A stretch of DNA of 64,000 bases from Patescibacteria group bacterium (GCA_041671325.1 JBAZBR010000003.1:68506-132505), one strand, 5' to 3'; shown: positions 10,204 to 20,632, numbered from the stretch's first letter. A program made the numbers and translations. Notes: generated by a model not told the origin, from the letters alone.

Positions 10204-11661
10204 TTATTCTTTTTTAGATTTTTTCTTTTTTCCATCCTTTTCGGTTTTGTTTGCATCAGGTTTTTTTACTTTTTCATCAGTATCAGTTTTTTCCGCTGTA
10301 GTTTTGTCTTCTGTTTTTTCTTCCACGACTTCAGATTTTTCTTCTTGAACAACTTCTTCTACTTTGGTATCTTCAGTCTTTTCTTCAGTTTTCACTTCGG
10401 CCTTAACTTCAGTATCTTCGACTTTTGCTTCAACGCCTTGGGCTTTAATACCTTCACCCACAATATCAATGCGCCAGCCAGTTAATTTGGCTGCCAGCCT
10501 CACATTTTGGCCAGATTTGCCGATAGCCAAAGATAATTGGTCTTCTTTTACTTCCACCCTGGCGGTGTGCTGGGCTTCATCAAGATTGATGGAAATGACT
10601 TTGGCCGGGGAAAGCGCATTGCCAATAAAAGCAATCTGGTCTTCTGACCATTCAATAATATCAATTTTTTCACCGCCCAATTCATTAATGACGGTTTGCA
10701 CGCGGCTGCCTCTTTGGCCCACGCAAGACCCAATCGGGTCGATATTCGGCTGGAGCGAAACCACGGCGATTTTAGAGCGGAAACCAGCTTCCCTGGCCAC
10801 TGCTTTTATTTCCACGGTTTTGTTTTGGATTTCCGGCACTTCAGTGGCGAATAATTTCCTGACCATTTCCGGGTGGGTGCGGGAAACGATGATTTCCGGG
10901 CCTTTGGTAGTGGCATTCACGGACACAATATAAACCTTGATCCTGGCGCCAGCCCGGTATTGTTCGGTTGGCAGTTGTTCGGCTGGGGGCATGATGGCCA
11001 TAGTGTGGCCAATATCAAACATGACTAATTTGCCTTCTTGCCTTTGGACATTAGCATTAATCATTTCGCCTTCTTTATCTTTGTATTCCTTAAAGACAAT
11101 TTCCCGTTCAGCCTCGCGTAATTGCTGGATAATAACCTGTTTGGCGGTTTGGGCAGCCATGCGGCCATAGGCGGCTGGCGGAAAAAGTTCGGTTTTGATT
11201 ACGTCTTCGATTTTCGCGCCTTTTTTCAGGACCTTGGCATCGGTTAAAGAAATTTCAGTTTTAGGGTCAAACCTTTCAAAAATTACCTCTGGTTTTTCTT
11301 CAGTTTCGGTTTTTTCTTCCATGGCTTCATGGGCTTCTTCTTCAGTCCTGACCACGGTTTCCCCGGCTGCGACTTTGGCTTCCCTTTCAGCTTCCTCGGC
11401 TTCCATTTTGGCTTTGCGTTCGGCGTCATAGGCTTCGGTCTTGGCTTTTTTTTCATCGTCAACCACGGTTTTCACGTCAAAAACCCGGGAAGAACCATCT
11501 TCCAAGCTAAAATCAACCTTGATATTTTGATCTTTACTGCCGAAGTCTTTGCGATAAGCCACGGCTAAAGCCGATTCCACGGTATGCAAAACCGATTCCA
11601 TGGGGATGCGTTTTTCATCAGCAATCTGCTTCATGGCCTGGATAATTGGATTTTCTGGCAT
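10204..11661 (-). CDS. nusA: Transcription termination factor NusA
   Basis: AQTAKQVI, AREAGFRSKIAV, AIGKSGQNVRLA; charged N-domain insertion and C-tail. Confidence 0.98.
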   Translation of the reverse strand: MPENPIIQAMKQIADEKRIPMESVLHTVESALAVAYRKDFGSKDQNIKVDFSLEDGSSRVFDVKTVVDDEKKAKTEAYDAERKAKMEAEEAEREAKVAAGETVVRTEEEAHEAMEEKTETEEKPEVIFERFDPKTEISLTDAKVLKKGAKIEDVIKTELFPPAAYGRMAAQTAKQVIIQQLREAEREIVFKEYKDKEGEMINANVQRQEGKLVMFDIGHTMAIMPPAEQLPTEQYRAGARIKVYIVSVNATTKGPEIIVSRTHPEMVRKLFATEVPEIQNKTVEIKAVAREAGFRSKIAVVSLQPNIDPIGSCVGQRGSRVQTVINELGGEKIDIIEWSEDQIAFIGNALSPAKVISINLDEAQHTARVEVKEDQLSLAIGKSGQNVRLAAKLTGWRIDIVGEGIKAQGVEAKVEDTEVKAEVKTEEKTEDTKVEEVVQEEKSEVVEEKTEDKTTAEKTDTDEKVKKPDANKTEKDGKKKKSKKE

Positions 11662-11710
11662 GTGTTTATTGATTAAAAAAGAAAACAGTCTATTTTGACT
11701 GCCTGGTACA

Positions 11711-11738
11711 AGTATACAGGAGTGGTAGGAGTTGTCAA
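11711..11738 (-). promoter_or_regulatory. sigma70 promoter of nusA
   Basis: TTGACA-16-TATACT on minus strand. Confidence 0.75.
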
Positions 11739-11841
11739 CCCCGCACCACTTTCTATAATAATCATTTATATAATTTCAATATATTCAGCAAAATAACAAC
11801 TTTAATAATTTGTCTATATTTGATTAGAAAGTGGTGCGGGG
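11739..11841. repeat. Miniature inverted-repeat element (CCCCGCACCACTTT family), copy 1
   Basis: 17-bp perfect TIRs, AT-rich core, flanking TCAA direct repeat. Confidence 0.85.
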
Positions 11842-12054
11842 TCAACCCTAGATTGACAATTAACTTAAGGCCTGCTAAGATTTTGGGAAATAAAAATAAA
11901 GTTAGATTTTTTCAGATTGTGAATGTCAATTCTCTTTGACAATGTAAGAACTAAATACGCTTGCATAAAAGTGCCTTTTAACTGGTCTTTATTGTATGAT
12001 AATGAAGACCTAATCATAAACCACCCGATAGGGTCCTGGATACAGGAGAAACAC

Positions 12055-12459
12055 ATGGAAACAAAAGAACTGTCCCAGCAATTGCTTAAAGGGTCAGAAA
12101 GAATCAACGTGATGAAGCAAGAGATTCACAACATCATCGCTATGACTTTTGGCTTCTTGGGCGAGTCTGACCTTTCTAAGTATAAGTATCTACAATTAAT
12201 TATGGAGTTTACTTCTGGAAGATTCCGCTGGGAAATCACCAAAAGGAAATATAACTCCATTGAGCTTCTTTTTCGACTTGACAGTCAGGCACCTGGACAA
12301 GGACACAGCAATTATTGGGATAATATTGAAAATTTCCCGCCCTCCTGGGTACTCATACTGCATGATGGACTCCCGGATTTCTTGGCAAACATGTTGAAGG
12401 TTTTTCCTCAGCTTGAGAAGAGGTTCCAGCCCCTGCTTCTTGCCGCGACAATAAAATAG
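12055..12459 (+). CDS. Hypothetical protein (orphan)
   Basis: AGGAG SD before ATG 12055 (ORF track starts 11923); promoter at 11853; terminator near 12471-12506. Confidence 0.65.
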   Translation: METKELSQQLLKGSERINVMKQEIHNIIAMTFGFLGESDLSKYKYLQLIMEFTSGRFRWEITKRKYNSIELLFRLDSQAPGQGHSNYWDNIENFPPSWVLILHDGLPDFLANMLKVFPQLEKRFQPLLLAATIK

Positions 12460-12513
12460 CTTTTTTAAAAAAGACTCCCTAAACTTTTTGGTCGGATGGG
12501 GGTCTTTTTTAAA

Positions 12514-12864
12514 TTAGCTAATATTTTCCAAATGGGAAATTTTGGGTGGTTGAATATCGGTTTCTATGGCAATAACATCTAAACGATAGTCTTTAATTGT
12601 TTTGTGGCTATCTAAATACCAGTTAATGGAATTTTTAAGTCTTTCCAGCTTATTTCCAGGTATAGAATCTTCTGGATTGCCAAAGACATTTGAGTTTCTT
12701 AGCTTGACCTCAACGAATACTAAAGCTTGTTGGTCTTGGCAAATCAGGTCGATTTCCCCAAAAGGCGTGCGGACATTCCTTTCTAGGATTTTAAAACCCC
12801 GCTTTTTAAGATATTCAGCGGCCATGGTTTCGCCTTTTTGGCCTTGAGTTTGGGTTTGACCCAC
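12514..12864 (-). CDS. yraN: YraN family endonuclease-fold protein
   Basis: GEIDLI...LVFVEVK, RLDVIAI. Confidence 0.93.
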   Translation of the reverse strand: MGQTQTQGQKGETMAAEYLKKRGFKILERNVRTPFGEIDLICQDQQALVFVEVKLRNSNVFGNPEDSIPGNKLERLKNSINWYLDSHKTIKDYRLDVIAIETDIQPPKISHLENIS

Positions 12865-12869
12865 TGTTT

Positions 12870-13424
12870 TTATTTGCGAAAAACCAAGGCAAAATGATAA
12901 GGCCCAGGTTTGAATTCTTCCACAAATTCAAAACCGGCATCTAGCGCGGTTTCGTGGATCATTTTTGGATCAGCTAAATTTTCTTGGGTCGGGCCCATTT
13001 TCATGCCACTGACTTTCCAGTCAATAATCAAGAGCCGGCCTTTGGGTTTTAACATCCGGTAGGTTTCCCGCAAAATGTCAGTGTGCCTTTTGGATTGGAA
13101 TAACAAATTAATCAACAGGCTGACATCCACGATTTCATCCCTGACCAATCTGGCGCCGCGGAAAATTTCCAAGTTGGACCAAACCGGGACAATGTTTACC
13201 AAGCCGGCCAGCCTGGCTCGGCTGACTAAATTTGACAAGGCGGATTTCAAAACATCAATGCCAAAAACCGTACCTTTGCTGCCGACCATTTTGGCCGCCT
13301 GCAAAACAAAATAACCCGAACCACCGCAGCCTAAATCCGCCACGACCTGCCCTGGGCCAACACCCATGCGGTGCAGGATTTTGTCAGTCTGGAATAAAGT
13401 TGTGCCTGAAGGGATTTTTGCCAT
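12870..13424 (-). CDS. Class I SAM-dependent methyltransferase
   Basis: VADLGCGG motif I; LKPKGRLLIIDW. Confidence 0.9.
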   Translation of the reverse strand: MAKIPSGTTLFQTDKILHRMGVGPGQVVADLGCGGSGYFVLQAAKMVGSKGTVFGIDVLKSALSNLVSRARLAGLVNIVPVWSNLEIFRGARLVRDEIVDVSLLINLLFQSKRHTDILRETYRMLKPKGRLLIIDWKVSGMKMGPTQENLADPKMIHETALDAGFEFVEEFKPGPYHFALVFRK

Positions 13425-13426
13425 AA

Positions 13427-14128
13427 TTATTTTTTACGTTTGGCCTTGGTCGCTTTTCCTTTCTTTAGAACTAATCGTTTTTTGGGCTTCTTGCTAACTT
13501 TGGGTTTTTTCTCCAGCATATCCTTAACTGGGGAAAAGCTTTTCCGGTGTTCGGGGCTGACCCCATGCTTTAATAATAGCTTTCTATGCAAACTCGTGCC
13601 ATACCCCTTGTGCGTGGCAAATTCATATTTTGGATGGGAACGATGGATTTCTGAACTCATTAACCTATCCCTGACAACTTTGGCAATTATGGAAGCGGCA
13701 CCAATGGATCTTTCCAAAGCATCGCCATTAATGATATTCACGACTGGCCGGTTGCCATAAGTGATTTTAAAAGCATCAACCAAAATTGCCTGAGGCTTAA
13801 CGTGTAATTTTTTTACGGCCAGGGTTAAAGCTTCCAAATTGGATTTTTGGATGCCTTGCTCATCAATTTTTTTAGCCGGGACCAGGTGGACAGACCAGGA
13901 AATGGATTTTTTTGTAATTTGCACAAAAGCTTTTTCCCTTTGTTTGGCTGAAAGCATCTTGCTGTCAAAAATATTTTCTGGAATATTTTCTACATCCAAA
14001 ATCACGGCTGCGGCCACCAAAGGTCCAGCCCAACTGCCCTTGCCCGCTTCATCCACGCCAGCGATTAACCGGTGGCCAGCTTTTCTCAATTTTTTCTCAT
14101 GGTGGTTAAGGGGCTTCTTTTTTGGCAT
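13427..14128 (-). CDS. rnhB: Ribonuclease HII
   Basis: AGVDEAG, DSK, AASIIAKV.RD, HKGYGT. Confidence 0.97.
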   Translation of the reverse strand: MPKKKPLNHHEKKLRKAGHRLIAGVDEAGKGSWAGPLVAAAVILDVENIPENIFDSKMLSAKQREKAFVQITKKSISWSVHLVPAKKIDEQGIQKSNLEALTLAVKKLHVKPQAILVDAFKITYGNRPVVNIINGDALERSIGAASIIAKVVRDRLMSSEIHRSHPKYEFATHKGYGTSLHRKLLLKHGVSPEHRKSFSPVKDMLEKKPKVSKKPKKRLVLKKGKATKAKRKK

Positions 14129-14264
14129 ATAACAAGAGTATAGCTTACTTCCTGGAATTTTTCACTTGCCTCTTGACATTTTTATAAAATTTGTTAGGAT
14201 TTTTAGTTCTTAAAACAAAGTCACTTAACACCGAAAATTAACAATTAACCTGGGGGATACAGCC

Positions 14265-14885
14265 GTGTTTATGGGGATTTGGAAAGAACTTTGGATTGTC
14301 TTTAACTTGAGAAAGGCAATAAGACATTTGTTCTTTAGTTGCCTAACTTTTCTCATAATAATTTTTTTAGCTGGGCTTTTAGTGCCTCTTCCAAAGCAAA
14401 AACTTCTAGAGGTGTTTGCTCTAACTTTCACCATGGAAGGAATGGCGTACATTTGTTATTGGTCAACAGATCGAATAAATGCCGCGCCAGCTATTTTAGT
14501 TGGCTATTTCTTGGCCTGCATAATTGCCGTAATTGACGTCAGCTTGCTTGGCATATACAGAGGCTTGAATTTCTTTTTCATCTTGTCGGGGACTTCTGTC
14601 ATCTGGTATGCCTATTTCGCAATAAAAGAGTCGATCAAGGCAGGACGCAGAAGCATTAAATTTTTGCTTCCTGCTGGCGCCATTGGCTTGTCAGCAATTT
14701 TCCTGATCTTGTGGGTTGGTATTATTACCCCGGAAAAGTCGATTCATCTAAGCCCTGATCACTCTGACGACTTGGTTTTAATCGAAAGCAAGTGGAAAGC
14801 CGGAGCCGAGGGATTCCACTCAAGTGAATGTAACATTCCGACACCAGCGCCTGCCGCAGTTTCAACATTGATTGATAGTGTTTAA
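14265..14885 (+). CDS. Hypothetical membrane protein (orphan)
   Basis: Multiple TM segments; promoter at 14173; terminator near 14900-14925. Confidence 0.65.
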   Translation: MFMGIWKELWIVFNLRKAIRHLFFSCLTFLIIIFLAGLLVPLPKQKLLEVFALTFTMEGMAYICYWSTDRINAAPAILVGYFLACIIAVIDVSLLGIYRGLNFFFILSGTSVIWYAYFAIKESIKAGRRSIKFLLPAGAIGLSAIFLILWVGIITPEKSIHLSPDHSDDLVLIESKWKAGAEGFHSSECNIPTPAPAAVSTLIDSV

Positions 14886-14959
14886 CAAAGCTAATTCAAA
14901 AGACCTTTCCGTAAGGGAAGGTCTTTTTGCTATAAAAATATCGTTATCAATTTTAAACA

Positions 14960-15383
14960 AAATTAAAAGGGCGCTGGCGTCCGTATAATATAATGATTAA
15001 TGGGACTGCGCCCTTTTGTAGTCTAATTAGTAGACAAGGGCCGCAGGGCTTAAAGTTCCTTCTATTAAGAAGCCCTAAACCCTGCAGCGATTGCCATCAA
15101 CCTAATTAAACTTTGCATTCTCCGTTAGCCATGAATTCTGCGGAGAATAATGACTACCACTCTTGTGGTTATACCTCTCACCAATAAAGGCTTAAAGGTT
15201 AACCTTTTAGTTCCAGTGATTTTTTATAATCCCCTGGATTTTTGTTTTTCAGACAGGCTCATGGTTGCCTATGACGAGCAGTAGAACAGAAGCTTAATAA
15301 CGCGTTAGACTAATGCCAGCTGTTGCCACTTCTCAATCAACAAGAGTAGTTTGCTTGTTTAAAGAGCATTTTTTATTATTTCT
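14960..15383 (-). ncRNA. Candidate structured ncRNA of about 420 nt (unassigned)
   Basis: No substantial ORF; consensus promoter and boxA-like motif upstream; many hairpins; closing 10-bp stem followed by U-rich tract. Confidence 0.6.
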
Positions 15384-15418
15384 AGCCATAGTATATCACG
15401 GTTTTGACTGGGTGTCAA
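15356..15418 (-). promoter_or_regulatory. sigma70 promoter plus boxA-like element
   Basis: TTGACA(15418-15413)-17-TATACT(15395-15390); TGCTCTTTAAACA at 15368-15356. Confidence 0.75.
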
Positions 15419-15448
15419 CAATCTGTCTTGGCTAAGATTAGCCAAGAA

Positions 15449-16012
15449 TTATTTTTGGGTCTTTTGCCAATTATGGAAAGCGCTTTTAACCTTGTTGGTT
15501 ACCTTGGGGATGGGGATTCGGGAGGTGTCCAGGACATAATCGTAATTACTTGGTTGGAAGATGTTTACTCGGTAAAGCTTTTTATAGCGCTTGGTGTCAG
15601 AAGCGATTCTTTTCTTCATGCTGGCGATTATAACCGCGATTGAAGTCAGGTTATTATCTTCATTCCTGTCCAAGTGTAGGCTTTGTTTGATCCTCCTGGC
15701 GCCTTCAGGGAAAGACACGTTAAAGAAGACTTTAAAACTCTCGGGTAAGAAATAAAAAGCCATGCGGCCACTGATAATGATGTTTTTTTTGGCATGAGCC
15801 GTCTTGGTCAACAACTCGTCAAAGTACTGATCCCCGAATTTGGGATTTTTTTCTGACCATTTATTAAATTCAGCTAAAGTCATGCCCTTTTTCAAGGCTA
15901 CTTGCCTTCTTAAGCTGCCCACGTCCAGGGTTGGGCAATGCAAGATCTTGCCTAAGCGCTTGGCAATAGTGGATTTACCTGAACCTGGCATGCCATTGAT
16001 AGTGATGATCAT
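15449..16012 (-). CDS. cmk: Cytidylate kinase (archaeal-type/CPR family)
   Basis: IITINGMPGSGKST P-loop; R..SD.KRY...Y; YDYVLDTS. Confidence 0.85.
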   Translation of the reverse strand: MIITINGMPGSGKSTIAKRLGKILHCPTLDVGSLRRQVALKKGMTLAEFNKWSEKNPKFGDQYFDELLTKTAHAKKNIIISGRMAFYFLPESFKVFFNVSFPEGARRIKQSLHLDRNEDNNLTSIAVIIASMKKRIASDTKRYKKLYRVNIFQPSNYDYVLDTSRIPIPKVTNKVKSAFHNWQKTQK

Positions 16013-16947
16013 ATTTTTACGGATAGTTTTTTCTTTTTAGCATCTTGAACTTCCCGGTAGGAGAGAAAAAGGAAGATGCCAAGGAGTGCAAAGGTATTTA
16101 CAGGCGCTAACCAGAAAGGAAATTCCTGACCAAAACTTTCTAAGACCATAATTGCGCCTAACATGCCAATTGAATACATGGCGCCGTTTTTTAAATAGGC
16201 AAAACGGTTGATCAGGTTCAAACCCCGGATGGTGAATTCCCTGACCACAAAAGCGCCAATGCCATTGCCGATAATAATCAGGGGAATTGACAGGGTGAAG
16301 GCAAAAGCGCCAATTACGCCGTCAATGGAAAAAGACATGTCCAGAATTTCCAAATACAGCAATTTGCTCCAGGCGCTCATATGGCTGCTGGTCAATTGTT
16401 TTTCTTTTTCTTCCGCGTTTTTCTTAAAGCCATCTGTCACAAAGAACAAGGTCGTGCCGATGGAAGCGGCTAAGGCCAGCATGGAATCGGTTTTGACGGA
16501 AAAATAAATTATAAGCGTGAAAAAAATTGAAGTTACAGCGTAAAACCACATTGATTGCTTATGGATGAAATGTTCCACCAAAAAGGCATATTTTTTTTCT
16601 TCCAAAAAAAGCCAGCCCAAAAAAACCAAGATTAAATACATGCCGCCACCTAAAAGCAAAAATGGTTTGGACTGGTTTAAATAAGTTTCAATGTCTTTGT
16701 TACTGGAAAACGCGGCCGTGAAAACTTGGACCACGGAAAGGTCGGGGTTTGCCAACCAGACAATGACGAATGGCAAAATTCCGCGGACAATAAAGACGGC
16801 AAAGATTAAACCCCAGGTTAAAAAGATTTTCCGATATTTTTCTGAAACGGTTTTTAAGACATGGGCGTTAACCACGGCATTATCTATGCTGCTGATGATT
16901 TCAAACAGACAAAGGCCGAGGATGACAATGAGGAAGTTGAAAAGCAT
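16009..16947 (-). CDS. DUF475/TerC-like membrane protein
   Basis: SSIDNAVVNA, LYLEILDMSFSIDGVIGAFA, YLKNGAMYSI. Confidence 0.9.
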   Translation of the reverse strand: MLFNFLIVILGLCLFEIISSIDNAVVNAHVLKTVSEKYRKIFLTWGLIFAVFIVRGILPFVIVWLANPDLSVVQVFTAAFSSNKDIETYLNQSKPFLLLGGGMYLILVFLGWLFLEEKKYAFLVEHFIHKQSMWFYAVTSIFFTLIIYFSVKTDSMLALAASIGTTLFFVTDGFKKNAEEKEKQLTSSHMSAWSKLLYLEILDMSFSIDGVIGAFAFTLSIPLIIIGNGIGAFVVREFTIRGLNLINRFAYLKNGAMYSIGMLGAIMVLESFGQEFPFWLAPVNTFALLGIFLFLSYREVQDAKKKKLSVKI

Positions 16948-16949
16948 TT

Positions 16950-17282
16950 CTATAAGATAATTAAATCGTGTTTAAAATATTTTTCTTGAAATTCTATAAG
17001 CTGTTCAATTGATTCTTGTGTAAAATTTTCATTAGCAACAACCAGTTTTTCTTCATCACCGACTCTTTTTACAATAGCGATGACCTTACCGGTGAATTTC
17101 TTTAATGGTTCTTTCGGCCCAAGTACATAAGCATCAATGGGCTCATTATCAATTTCAGAACTTGCACCGGATATATAACCATAATTAAGAGGATAAATCA
17201 GATCAAAGTCAGGATGTTTGGAACCAATTGGTCGGTCGATTACTACCCGTACTTCTTTTCTTAAATATTTTTCAATATTCAT
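16950..17282 (-). CDS. ppa: Short soluble inorganic pyrophosphatase (family I-like)
   Basis: IDRPIGS.HP, YPLNYGYI, D.EPIDAYVL. Confidence 0.85.
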   Translation of the reverse strand: MNIEKYLRKEVRVVIDRPIGSKHPDFDLIYPLNYGYISGASSEIDNEPIDAYVLGPKEPLKKFTGKVIAIVKRVGDEEKLVVANENFTQESIEQLIEFQEKYFKHDLIIL

Positions 17283-17310
17283 AAGCTAAATATAGCTAGA
17301 AAATATTAAT

Positions 17311-17604
17311 CTGTCATTCTGAACCCTGAGCGAGTGTAGCGAGTCGAAGGGGAAGAATCTCCCGTTCTTACGGGATACGAAATAATGATTATTCTGTTTT
17401 CTTGGACATCCACGTTTTGATTACCCTTTCTGGTTTCAGAAAGGGTAAAGGTATATTAGAAAATTGGGGATTTTTGATTCGCTCAAAACTAGGATTATCA
17501 GTGCTAATTGGGAACGGCTCAGCAAAAATCCCCAAACCCCTGACGCTAACTTGCTTTATTTAATCTAACCCCTCACCCCCGCCCTCTCCCAAAGGGAGAG
17601 GGGG
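17311..17604. repeat. Cluster of palindromic REP-like elements
   Basis: TGTCATTCTGA half-element at 17312; hairpins near 17420-17449 and 17466-17533; CCCTCACCCC..CCCTCTCCC-AAA-GGGAGAGGG at 17569-17604. Confidence 0.65.
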
Positions 17605-17659
17605 TGTGGGTTTAGGATAAGAAAAACCCGCCATATTGCAGACGGGTTTAAAGGCGCGT

Positions 17660-18106
17660 TTAGATGTTGAGCAGGTATGCACAAAGCGTAGATTTCTGAA
17701 TTTTTGATCGGGCATAATCTATGAATACCGCGCTAAGCCACGCGTATATTATTATCCCGGTTATCAACACGGCAGTGATGATTAAATCGTATACCCCATC
17801 AACAATCGGTCGAAGCGGTAGGTGAAGGTTGATCATTATTATCCAGACTAGAAACACCATAAAGGCAATGATACCAAATACTTTTAACAATTCGCACCCC
17901 AACATCCACGGCATAATCCTTGAGGGGGATTTCGCTGTTCCGAATATCACCCAGCCAAACATGGCTAAAGCAACGCCAAATAACAGAAGGGGGATATACG
18001 TTGTGTTATCAGCGAGCCAATGATAGGTTAGGCCATAAGCAACACCGATTGTGAAAACAATTAGTCCGGCTATGCCAACCTTAATGCGCATTTTTAAGTC
18101 TTTCAT
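17660..18106 (-). CDS. Hypothetical 4-TM membrane protein (orphan)
   Basis: GAGGAG SD, TTGACG-17-TAGGCT promoter, terminator. Confidence 0.65.
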   Translation of the reverse strand: MKDLKMRIKVGIAGLIVFTIGVAYGLTYHWLADNTTYIPLLLFGVALAMFGWVIFGTAKSPSRIMPWMLGCELLKVFGIIAFMVFLVWIIMINLHLPLRPIVDGVYDLIITAVLITGIIIYAWLSAVFIDYARSKIQKSTLCAYLLNI

Positions 18107-18352
18107 ACTCTCCTCACAATTTTGAGTTTAGTTTTGTTTTATAAAAGCCTACTCTATGGTATTTGGAGCGTCAAGATGTGAAAAAATCGGAGTAGAAGCT
18201 TCAGCTTCTGATTTGTTATTACTAAGAGACTTAAGTCTCTACTCCCTTTACTTAAACAGCAAGATTGTTGTGTCCCTGCCTACGGCAGGTCCTCGCAATG
18301 ACAATAAAAAAGCAACCAAAAAGTCCTCGTTCTCACGAGGACTTTTTAACTC

Positions 18353-20632
18353 TTAGAATCTTTCCCGACCGCCGCGGCCATGGGGTGGCGGGCCAGAAAA
18401 TCTGCGGTTGCCGCCATGGAAACCATTTTCTCGTTGCGGGCTGTTATCAATAGCAGAATCAGGAATGACCAGATCACTGTCCGCGCCTAAAGCTTTTACT
18501 GACAAGCTAATGCGGCCGCGTTCTTTATCAACCTCCATGACTTTAACTTTCAATTTCTGGCCAACCTGGACGACATCAGAGACCGCGCGAATGCGGGCGC
18601 TGGCAAATTCTGAAATGTGGACCATACCGTCTTTGCCTGGAGCCAGTTCAACAATGGCGCCGATTTCCGCCCCAGAATTTCGGTCTTTCATGATTTGGGT
18701 GACTGTCCCTTCAATAATTTCACCTGGTTGCATTTCGCGAGTGATGTTCTTGATCCAGTCTTCAGCCTTGGTGGCCATTTCCGCGCTGGTGCAGGTAATG
18801 AAGATCAAGCCGCTTTCTTCAATATCAATCTTGATAACATCTGCCCCGCCGCACTCATCAATAATCTTGTTAATGGTTTCCCCGCCTTTGCCAATAACTT
18901 CGCGAATAAGTTCTGGGTTGATTTGCAAAGTGGTAATCCTGGGTGCGTATGGTGAAAGTTCTTTGCGTGGTTCGGCAATGGCGCCTTTCATAACTTCCAG
19001 AATTTTCAACCTGGCTTTTTTAGCGCCAGCCAAGGCTTCTTCCACCATAGCCATGGTCAAACCATCAACCTTGATGTCAACTTGCATGGCGGTGACGCCA
19101 TTCTTGGTGCCAGCGACTTTAAAATCCATGCCGCCGGAATGATCTTCAATGCCTTGGATATCAGTAATGACTTTATAATTTTCAGGTTTGTTCGGGTCAA
19201 CCAGCAAGCCCATGGCAATGCCAGCGACTGGTTCAATAATCGGCACGCCCGCATCCATCAGGGCCAAGGTTGAACCGCAAGCCGAAGCTTGGGAAGTGGA
19301 ACCATTGGAAGCCAAAACTTCAGAGACCACGCGAATGGTATATGGGAAGGTTTCTTTAGGCGGCAAGACGGGTTCCAAAGCGCGTTCAGCCAAAGCGCCA
19401 TGGCCAATTTCTCTTCGGCCAGGCCCGCGATTGGGTTTGGCTTCGCCAACGGAATATGGCGGGAAATTATAATGGTGCATGTAACGTTTCTTGCCAGTCT
19501 CTTCCATGCCATCCAAAGTCTGTTCATCACCGGGCGAGCCCAAAGTAATAGTTGAAAGCACTTGGGTTTCACCGCGTTGGAACAAGCCTGAACCATGAGT
19601 GCGGGGGATAAATGCCACTTCTGCTGAAAGCGGACGGATTTCATCATAAGCCCGGCCGTCAACTCTTTTGCCGGTTTCCAAAACATAAGTCAAAGCTGCA
19701 TGATCAATCATTTCGGAAAGCATGGTTATGCCAGCCAACCTCATGTCTTTAGAAACTTCGTTATCGGCTTTTAATTGTTCGTCCAATTCCTTGGTCAAAG
19801 TTTCGATCACGGCTTTTTGGTCTTTCTTAACCGTGCTGGCAAAAATGCTGTTGCGCTTTTCTTTGGTCAAGAATGCTTCGACTTTGGCTTTAACCTTTTC
19901 CCGTTCTTCATCGGCTTCAGCATTAGACATGGGATTAATTTTTTCTTTGCCTGTGGCTTTAACCACTTCATTAATCAAATCGACAATTTTTTTGATATGC
20001 TTTTGCCCGAATTTAACGGCTTCCAAAATGGTTTCTTCTTTAACTTGTTTGGCGCCAGCTTCAATCATGACGGCTTTTTCGGCGCTGCCAGCCAAGATTA
20101 AATCCAAGTCGCTTTTTTCGCGAGCTTCAGTCGTCGGGTTCAAAACCCATTCGCCGCCAATCTGGCCAACGCGAACGCCAGCAATCGGGCCGTTCCAAGG
20201 TATTTCCGACATGGTTAAAACCGTGGCTGCGCCAATTAAGGAAGGGATGTCAGGATCATTTTCTTGGTCCACTGACAAGACTAAAATACTGACTTGCACA
20301 TCATTTCGCATGCGGTCGTCAAACAAGGGCCGAATTGATCTATCAATCATGCGGCCGGTCAGCACGGCTTCATCAGTCGGCCGGCCTTCCCGTTTGATAA
20401 AGCGGGAGCCTTTAATTTTGCCGGCGGCATACAAGCGTTCTTCGTACTCAACCATGAGTGGGAAGAAATCAATGCCTTCCCGAATGGTGTTGGAAAGCAC
20501 CACCGCGGCTAAGACCATGGTATCGCCATAGCGAACTGTGCAGGCGGCATTGGCCAGACCCGCATATTTACCCGTTTCTATGGTTAGGGTTTTCCCGCCA
20601 ATCTCGGCGGAAAATGTTTTTATATCAGACAT
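18353..20632 (-). CDS. pnp: Polyribonucleotide nucleotidyltransferase
   Basis: RTHGSGLFQRGETQ, RREIGHGALA, DFKVAGT, KH and S1 domains; start at MSDIK (20632) or 20650. Confidence 0.98.
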   Translation of the reverse strand: MSDIKTFSAEIGGKTLTIETGKYAGLANAACTVRYGDTMVLAAVVLSNTIREGIDFFPLMVEYEERLYAAGKIKGSRFIKREGRPTDEAVLTGRMIDRSIRPLFDDRMRNDVQVSILVLSVDQENDPDIPSLIGAATVLTMSEIPWNGPIAGVRVGQIGGEWVLNPTTEAREKSDLDLILAGSAEKAVMIEAGAKQVKEETILEAVKFGQKHIKKIVDLINEVVKATGKEKINPMSNAEADEEREKVKAKVEAFLTKEKRNSIFASTVKKDQKAVIETLTKELDEQLKADNEVSKDMRLAGITMLSEMIDHAALTYVLETGKRVDGRAYDEIRPLSAEVAFIPRTHGSGLFQRGETQVLSTITLGSPGDEQTLDGMEETGKKRYMHHYNFPPYSVGEAKPNRGPGRREIGHGALAERALEPVLPPKETFPYTIRVVSEVLASNGSTSQASACGSTLALMDAGVPIIEPVAGIAMGLLVDPNKPENYKVITDIQGIEDHSGGMDFKVAGTKNGVTAMQVDIKVDGLTMAMVEEALAGAKKARLKILEVMKGAIAEPRKELSPYAPRITTLQINPELIREVIGKGGETINKIIDECGGADVIKIDIEESGLIFITCTSAEMATKAEDWIKNITREMQPGEIIEGTVTQIMKDRNSGAEIGAIVELAPGKDGMVHISEFASARIRAVSDVVQVGQKLKVKVMEVDKERGRISLSVKALGADSDLVIPDSAIDNSPQRENGFHGGNRRFSGPPPHGRGGRERF

